This document shows, in pieces, positions 56,501 to 64,000 of a stretch of DNA of 64,000 bases. Both the position numbers and the translations under genes were made by a program. The stretch spans positions 5,890,001 through 5,954,000 of the forward strand of contig CM068764.1 in assembly GCA_035084275.1 (NCBI GenBank). Reading direction: 5' to 3'. This stretch comes from Hydrolagus colliei (taxonomy: Eukaryota). Under the pieces are notes generated by a model. That model had not been told where the DNA came from and searched no databases. It saw only the letters and a list, made by a program, of their open reading frames with translations. How positions within the stretch are numbered: position 1 is the stretch's first letter; the number at the start of each line of letters is the position of its first letter.

Positions 56501-59500
56501 TTTTGTCGATATTTAACTTGAAGTTAAAAAGATTTATAGGCACTGATGATAAACGAGAAGGCCATGATCTTCCCAGCAATCAGTGTCGCAATCACACTAC
56601 CTTATCTCAGCAACAATGTATGTGCAGAATTGGCTGCTGCGTTTTGCCCACAAAATATACAGTCAATTCACTTCTTTGAGATATATCAAAGACGCGATAA
56701 GGCGCTATATCAACTACAAGTATTATTATTGAAGCTGCACATTTACCACTCAGCTTATTGTCATTCCCGGCATGATTTATCATCGTTCTGCTTTTTACAT
56801 CAAAGCAATCATATTGAAGTCACTTTGTCAGAAATGCAAACATTTTATATTCTCTTCTGACTCGCCCAGCAGAAGTTAGCAGGAAAGCAGTATAAACCAA
56901 CCACAGTGACACTCATGAAATGCTCAGTGCAATTTCTGGAAATCTTATGAATGTTGTATGACTCTTTAACCAGTCTTATTAAATTCTTCCAATTTACAAT
57001 TCGTCCATCTAATTTTATGCAACTCAGAAGTGTGTGGCGTAGATTGCAGGAATTGCTCTTAGCTGCTCCTTAATTCCAAAGAGTTAAATGTTACTCACTA
57101 CAATTAGCAACTGATTTATGCCACGCAGATTTGTGGTAGTCCTCAACACTTTTTATGTGTAAATAGGAGAGCACGTAGATCCTGTTGTGTACGGACCTGA
57201 CTCGAGTTAAACCACCAATGTCTTTGGTTCATTTGGTGGAACCCACACTGTAAAATTGGTACCAAAGGAATCAGTGCGCTGACCTCGTTAACCTATTTTC
57301 AATGATTCAATGACTACTGTTCACAAAATAAATGCCCTCCGAGTCACCGCTTCCATGGAATTGCAGGCTTGTGTAATTCCAAACAGCTAAATACTTTTAT
57401 GAAAACATTTTTGTGGAAGAGTTATTCCTCAGCCCACGTTGATGCGATTTACAAATAAACATACTTTACTTCCCTCGATGATCCCTCAACCAACAACAAC
57501 GACAAAATTACATTTAGAGAGCTCCTTCATTTAGAGGACGGCCCAAGGCACTGATCCAAGTGAGAGACCTGGCCACGTGGGTTTGTCAACCATGACAATG
57601 AGGTCACAGACAAATGGTCTTCAGTTTGTCTTCCAACGTGGACAAGGGGCTCTATTTAGCATAACATGTGAAAACCCTATTGGGAACTTGCCACATTTCT
57701 GGTTGCATTAGCTCCCCCAGAAGCGCTCTATTTTCTACCTCTGCTCTCCCTATTTTGTTGATCGTTCCACAGAAGCAAAATCCAACTGATTTATATGTTT
57801 AAAAATGCACAGTCACTACACTTTACAGACAATTCTAAAACTAAGCCCAACTATGTATCATTACTAAATTGCTTTATTTTTGCCCCCCCCCCCTTTTCAA
57901 CCTCAAATAGCCTGAGCCTCCTATTTGAGGCAATTACCAAGTTTGGGAGTGAGCGAGCAAACTGCCACCCTTTAAATCTTACAAGTACATGCAAAAGCTG
58001 CATGATTCAAAATCAATATTAAATCTTAAAGGCAAAATATCCCACAAACTGCTCTGTTAGAAAAAAAAACACTATGCATACACTAGGTAACACATGTTGG
58101 GTGCAAACTACAGCTGGTTCTTAAGCTTTTGAAGAGATCAATAGATCAATAATAAAACAAGCAACTTAGCAAACGGTGTTGAAGTATAAACATGTGACGC
58201 TGGAATCAAAAGTATTACTCTTTGTAGTATGTTCCCCACTTAAGAATGTCACTGTGGAGGTGGCAGGCTAGTAGTGGTTGACGATCGCTTCAGCAATCTT
58301 GCCAAGGTTCAGTTTTGAACCCCAGTTTCATCTCATCTTTCAGTAAAGGGTGCTGAGCTGTGTTAATTCTCAGCCCAGCTGCGAGGTGAGAGTTTTTGAC
58401 GGTCTCACTTGGCTCGTCCAAAAGAGTATTTCGACCAGGTTGTGAAACGATCCCCAGGTTATGTTCGCACCGCAGTCTCCGACAGGGACAGTGTGAATGT
58501 GAGCTGTTCTGAACGAGGGATTGGGCTTAGGGAGAGGCACAGGAACAAGGTATCAAGGTGTGAATGTCATCACCCAGCAGCAAACAGCACAGACCTGACA
58601 TTTGATATTTCAAACACTGCCCAACCAGGGGCATTGCACAACCTTCCTACCCGCTCCCCGAAAAAAAATATTCCTTGAAACTTTGGAACAGCTCTGATCG
58701 GGATTCCAGTGATGGGGCAAATAGATTGACTCGTACTGCTGCCCAGCAGTCAGGATAGGAGGAAAAAGAGCTCACCAAGGTCAGTTTAGTACAAAGATTC
58801 CTGGAATAATCAGCAGTAGGCTATATAGTAATCTGTTAATGTGTAGTACTGAGCTTCTCCCACCGACAAGGTAGGGAATGACTACATGCTGTTTGGTAAA
58901 CTAGTCTAATGCCCTTACTTATTATACAACATCCATCTGCTTAGTTGCTGGCTCTAAAGAAGAAGGAAAAAAAAATCACAGCTCTTACTAGGGGTTCTGA
59001 CTGAATTAATGCAGTTCCAGTTCTTAACAAAAATATAACGATATAATGTAGGGTACATATAAATGAAAGATGGCCTCTAATAACTTGACATCCTGTAAAT
59101 GCATAATTTTTATTAACAGTTTCTTTGCGTTTAAGATATTTATAAGGTGTAAAGGTTTAAAGAATACCACTAAACCAACAAAATACTTGAAAAAGGTATT
59201 TGTACTAAAATGCAGATGTTTGTTACTGATGATGCTACTATCGAGAGTCCCACTCCCCCCCCCAACACCCCCCACCCCCCCTTTTTTGTTTGTTTTTCGT
59301 ATGCAAGGATTAAAAAAAATTGTTTAGTTTAATGTGCATTAGAAATGTTGGGCGGGTGTGTGTGGCAAATGTTAATATTGTACATTTTAAATAGCTTGCA
59401 GGAATTGTGGCAAAAATAAACTTGAGATTTCTAACAAACATGGAAAAAAAATGTTTAACAGTAGTCCCTTGGAATAATGACAATACATCATGAATGTATA

Positions 59501-59584
59501 ACCTAATCTAACACAGAGCAGCTGGCTGGTTTAAATGCATCAGGCAGCATATTTCAGCTTCAATTTGTATCTTTACAGTTCTGT

Positions 59585-59641
59585 TTCTCTATTTCTTTCT
59601 TTCTCTCTCTCTCTCTCTCGCTCTTTTTCTTTCTCTCTCTC
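59585..59641 (+). repeat. (TC)n/(TTTC)n simple repeat in the putative 3'UTR
   Basis: tttctttctttctctctctctctctctcgctctttttctttctctctctc. Confidence 0.85.
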
Positions 59642-59998
59642 CGGCATGATTCTGATTTTATTTGCACATGTATGGTAGAGAAATAAAATTTTAACAAAAA
59701 ACACTTTTAATCAACTTTCTTTTTAGCAATATTGTTTCAGTGCATTTATAGCCAGTTACCAATAAGTTTCTTCACTTACTGGTGTTTCGTTTTTTAAAAA
59801 AAATTGTACAGTAAAAAAAATGTCAGTATTCTGGTATCTTCTGGTTCAACCTACATTAGCTCATATAACCTGTATTAATTGTATAGATCGTGAAGTTAAG
59901 CTGTTACCAAGTGTCAGAGAAAGAGAATAGGGTCATATGTAATATTTTGTTTGTAATTTTCCTTTGTGTCATTACAAAGGAGAAGTTAAATCAACTGT

Positions 59999-60004
59999 AA
60001 TAAA
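59999..60004 (+). terminator. Candidate distal polyadenylation signal of TAOK1
   Basis: tgtAATAAAgc followed ~20 nt later by gtgtattttttgcttctttt (downstream U/GU element); TGTA motifs upstream. Confidence 0.6.
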
Positions 60005-60170
60005 GCAATTTTAGTACAGCTCGTGTATTTTTTGCTTCTTTTAACAACCAATATCGCATCGCATGGGTTTTTAATGAGGTAGAGATGGGGCTTGCAATTG
60101 CTGTAGTAGGTGGTGGAAATGTTTAGCCATTTAATCCATGGTAGGTTTGGAATCTTTTTAATGATATGGT

Positions 60171-61442
60171 TCAGCGCTGTTGGACACGGTGGTCGATCAC
60201 AGTCGATCACACCATCCTCCTTCAACGTCTTTCCTCCCACCTCAACCTTCAAGGCACAGTCCTTGACTGGTTCCACTCTTATTTGACCCATCGTTTACAT
60301 TTTGTTTCTTCCATGGCTTTTCATCAAACCCCCGCACAGTTTCCCACGGCGTCCCTCAAGGCTCTGTCCTTGGTCCCCTTCTTTTCACCCTTTACACGCT
60401 CCCTCTGGGCGACGTCATCCGCAAACATGGGGTAAATTTCCACATGTATGCGGATGACACCCAGTTGTACCTTTCTGCCTCATCCCTCAACCCCCAGACG
60501 ATCGATGTTCTGACAGCATGTCTGTCCGACATCGAATCGTGGACGAGGGACAACTTTTTGCAATTGAACGTGAGTAAGACCGAGGCCCTCCTGATCGGCT
60601 CAAGCCAGCGCCTCCGCACATCGGGCGCTGCCAGCCTCAACATCCAAGGCTGTACTCTCCACCTCACAAAGCCAATCAGGAACCTCGGCATCATGTTCAA
60701 TCAAAAACTTTCCTTCCTCCCCCACATCCGCGCCTTGACCGGCACCGCTTATTTCCACCTGCGCAACATTGCCAGGCTCCGCAACTATCTTACCCCCCGC
60801 GCTGCCGAAACACTCGTGCACGCATACATCACCTCACAGCTGGACTACGGAAACTCTCTCCTAGTCGGCCTCCCCAGTTCCTCCATTCACAGGCTGCAGG
60901 CCATCCAAAACTCTGCAGCCCGTGTACTATCCCGCACCCGACTCCGCGACCACATAACCCCCACCCTCGCCCGTCTCCACTGGCTCCCCATCCTCCAGAG
61001 GATCGAGTTCAAGATCCTCGTCCTCACCTACAAGGCCTTACACGGCCTTACCCCACCCTATTTAACCAATCTACTCTCCCCCTACACGCCCACCCGGGCC
61101 CTCCGTTCAACAGGACTTGGCCTGCTCCAAGCCCCCCGCCCGAACCGCCCCACCATCGGAGGCCGGGCCTTCAGTTTCTCCGCTCCCACCCTATGGAATG
61201 CCATCCCTCAATCCCTCCGTTTCACCTCTTCCCTTTCCTCTTTCAAGGCCGATTTGAAGACTTTCCTCTTCGATCGTGCCTTTTGTTTCACCCCGAACTC
61301 TTTTACCTCCCCTTCGTGTTTCACCCCTTCCCAAACACTCCCCTCCCAGCTCGGGTCACACGCCTCTTGTTTAGCGCCTTGGGACGTCCTCCCGACGTGA
61401 AAGGCGCTCTATAAATGTAAATTGTTGTTGTTGTTGTTGTTG
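60171..61442 (+). mobile_element. 5'-truncated L2-clade LINE, young copy with the C-terminal part of the reverse transcriptase
   Basis: [83 protein letters not shown]; one frameshift near 60310; 3' stem-loop GCGCCTT..ACGTC-CTCCC-GACGT..AAGGCGC then (TTG)n tail. Confidence 0.93.
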
Positions 61443-62416
61443 TCCTGTATCTAAAAGTTAGCAAACAATCTAACTTCAGTCACCTGATGACGAGGCCTGA
61501 TATATTGTAAATCTCAATTTATAATCTAAATCTCTTCGAACGTTCTTTCAAACGATCCCCAACTCCCAGCTTGGATCCCAACCCCCCCTAATTGTCCAGC
61601 GCCCTGAAATGTCCTTCCGACAGGAAGGGTGCTATACAAGCATAATTTGTTGTTAAAGGTCTCAAATTTGTGTCTTATCAATTGGATGGAAACGCACATC
61701 TCATGGCATTTCATCTGGTTTAAGGGATTGTTTTTTTTCCCCAAAGGGAAAATTTTATAACAATCCAGCCTTTGTCGAAAGACAATCTGACTAAAATATT
61801 TCTCTTTTTTTAAAACAAAATGCACAGAGCACATTTAGTTATATTGGAGTAACCGTTATAATATTGTGTGAGTCTTAATGTGATGGTATTAAAATTAAAC
61901 CTTAACCAGCATCTTCAATATTTGACACAAGTAAAATACTTATTGAGGAGGTAGTGTTTTGGAGGATATTAAACCAGAGGATCTTCTCACAGGGGAGGGG
62001 ATGTGTTAAGGTACTGGATTCATATTGGTATAGATAGAACCACATCACATTAATCACTGAAAGTTCTGCAGCTTTTCCAAACATGATTGGATTATATGCT
62101 AATGAGTGACCTGAGAACCACTTTGTTCTTGGAATTCAGATGAAACTGTAGTAATTTACAGTAGAAAACATTGTTTCAAGGTTGAGGCAGTATTAAAGGT
62201 GAGAATTTTAATTAACTCGAATATCAACAAACCGCAAGTGGCTGCCGCTTTTTGCCCACAAAACACACAGCCAAACTTCATTTATCCACTTACATATTCT
62301 GCAAGCGCTTAGAAACCTCAACAACGTGATAAGGCAGTATAGGAGATGAAGGATAATTAACACTTTTAAAACCTGGTTCGACAGCCAAATTGCTCTCGCA
62401 AAGAGAGAAATAACGT

Positions 62417-62422
62417 TTTATT
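62417..62422 (-). terminator. Candidate ABHD15 polyadenylation signal
   Basis: TTTATT on + (AATAAA on -) about 230 nt past the stop; a second hexamer at 62629-62634 is only ~18 nt past the stop. Confidence 0.35.
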
Positions 62423-62652
62423 AATTTCTAATTCCACTGCTTCCAGATTTCATTTTAACGACAGACTGTCCTTTGAACGCGCGGCAACAATTTAACCGAT
62501 GTTTAACAATAGCAAAAGGTCAACTGGGAAAGAAAGCAAGGATGAAAGATTTTCAAATTTTTAAGATAAATTAATGACATCAAAAAAATTCGATTGCCAC
62601 TGGTGTATTTTGAAAATATTTTCGTTTTTTTATTTTTAAAAAAAAGTTCCTG

Positions 62653-63178
62653 TTATCTGGTGTAAGACCTTTGCCAGCTGAAAATCTCGTGGATATTATG
62701 AGAGCAAAGAACCTCTCTCTTGTGGACCGTGATTCCCCTGCGTTTATAAGCGGCTTGCGCAGAACCTTTCCTTCTGGAAACGCTCTTGGTCCTTTCCTCT
62801 GCCCTGAAAAACTCGCTGACCGACTTGAAGTACTCCAGCAGAGCTTCGTGACTCCAGCAGGAAGAGCTGCTGGTCAAGAAGCCACAATGCCCACCGTGCT
62901 CGGTTAACAAGAGGAAGAAGTACGGGTTGGTTTCGAACAGCTCGAAGGGGAGCGTCTGCTCTGGCTTTCCTCGGAACGAGTCGTCTTTGCTGCAAACGCA
63001 GAGCAGAGGCACAGCCACTTCATCCACATCCCTTAGGGGGTCGTTCTTCTCCCAGTAGGATTCCCAGCTGGAGGAGCTGGTCTTAGACTGGCAAAATACC
63101 ACCTCCTCCATCTCCCTGAGGGACCTGCTCCTGAACAGCTTCTCTGTGTCCATCACTTCGCTCAGCGCGGTGGCGTAT
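62653..63178 (-). CDS. ABHD15: Alpha/beta hydrolase domain-containing protein 15, terminal coding exon (upstream exon lies beyond the window)
   Basis: (R)YATALSEVMDTEKLFRSRSLRE...NDPLRDVDEVAVPLLCVCSKDD...NPYFFLLLTEHGGHCGFL...EIFSWQRSYTR*. GGHCGF catalytic-His motif and the C-terminus match ABHD15. Acceptor tttcacatttccAG at 63180-63179, so the ORF-track Met at 63216 is intronic. Confidence 0.93.
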
Positions 63179-63644
63179 CTGGAAATGTGAAAGAAAGGTA
63201 CCTTATAAGTCCCCATAAGGTTTCTCCCACCGAATATACAGTCAATTCACTTTAAGGTATATTCGGCGGAGCGCTTTGAGATGTCTCAGAGACGTGATGA
63301 TATCAAATGCAAGTATTATTATTACTCTTATAAAATGTCGCCCAAAGTGCATTAACGATGCAGGATGTATTCTGCCGCGTGTAGTGACTTTTTATCGCAG
63401 GCAAATTGGGCGGCACGGTCTCGCAAGCAGCCGTGTGGTGACCAGTTTTATGTAATAAACGCATTTTATGAAATCGTAAAAATCTGGAAATACATTGATT
63501 CATTTTAAATGAACCCGGATTTACTTAAGTCGAACGCAGATATTTCTGGGGCTGGAGGGGGAATTCTTGGTGGCCATGGCTCAGTATACGTTGAATTCCA
63601 TGTGCAAAGACGGTGATAATCGATGATAATTACATTTTTAATAT

Positions 63645-64000
63645 AGATAAGGCGCTATATTAAATGCAAGGATTATTGTTATCAAGATCCTCACTCTTGT
63701 TTTCAAGTCCCTCCATTCCTCTGCACCCCCCTATCTCTCTGATCTCCTCTCTCCTCAGAAAAGCACCCGTTGCCTTCGCTCCTCTGGGTCTGGCCTCCTC
63801 CTTGTCCCCCGATTCCTCCGCTCCACCGGCAGCAGCCACAACGCCCCGAGGCTCTGGAACTCCGTCCGCCTCGCCCGCCCCCCCCCCCCCCCCCCCACCC
63901 CCACCCCACACCTTTCCTATTTTCAGGTCTCACCTAAAGACTTTCTGACCATGCTTTTGGTCACCTTTCTCCCCACCCCCCGCCCCGCCCCGCCCCTCCC
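63645..64000 (+). mobile_element. SINE tail followed by an L2 3' fragment in the ABHD15 intron
   Basis: gataaggcgctatattaaatgcaaggattatt, then tcaagatcctcactcttgttttcaagtccctcca...gccccgaggctctggaactcc...tcaggtctcacctaaagactttc. Confidence 0.8.

Larger units (their letters stand above)
53547..60030 (+). other. TAOK1: Putative long (~6.5 kb) TAOK1 3'UTR
   Basis: Follows the stop codon. It carries mostly short repeat remnants and U/A-rich UTR-like blocks (e.g. 59640-60030), and ends near AATAAA followed by a U/GU-rich tract. Vertebrate TAOK1 mRNAs have long 3'UTRs. The extent is inferred without transcript data. Confidence 0.6.

Noticed and set aside
55059-57165. Pumilio elements TGTAHATA at 55059, 55339 and 57158
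   Set aside because: About one is expected by chance in 6.5 kb of AT-rich sequence; three dispersed copies are not persuasive without conservation data
63179-63216. ORF-track start MGTYKVPFFHIS for ABHD15
   Set aside because: Lies upstream of a clear splice acceptor and is intronic; the true N-terminus is outside the window

Overview
Vertebrate nuclear DNA that is AT-rich, intron-dominated and rich in repeats. The repeat families (young L2 LINEs with (TTG)n tails, tRNA/CORE/Deu-type SINEs, CR1 tails) suggest a cartilaginous fish, probably a holocephalan/chimaera; this is an inference. The window holds the full coding region of TAOK1 on the + strand: 19 coding exons, 24428..53546, all GT-AG, summing to 3009 nt (1002 aa plus stop). 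It is preceded by at least 24 kb of presumed intron 1 (the non-coding first exon is not recognisable here). An inferred ~6.5 kb 3'UTR ends near AATAAA at 59999. The last coding exon of ABHD15 lies on the - strand (62653..63178), converging on TAOK1 as in human 17q11.2. Almost all other ORFs in the track are chance, antisense or repeat-derived. I found no convincing wholly new biological system. The best leads are regulatory or mobile-element related: uORFs in all three frames with an alternative acceptor ahead of the TAOK1 start, a tight cluster of miR-182/183 seed matches in the 3'UTR, a MITE with a ~460 bp internal palindrome, a composite MITE, LF-SINE-like and Deu-SINE relics, and a ~30 nt L2 tail inserted 7 nt from a splice donor. 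Repeat family names are from memory of consensus sequences and were not searched.
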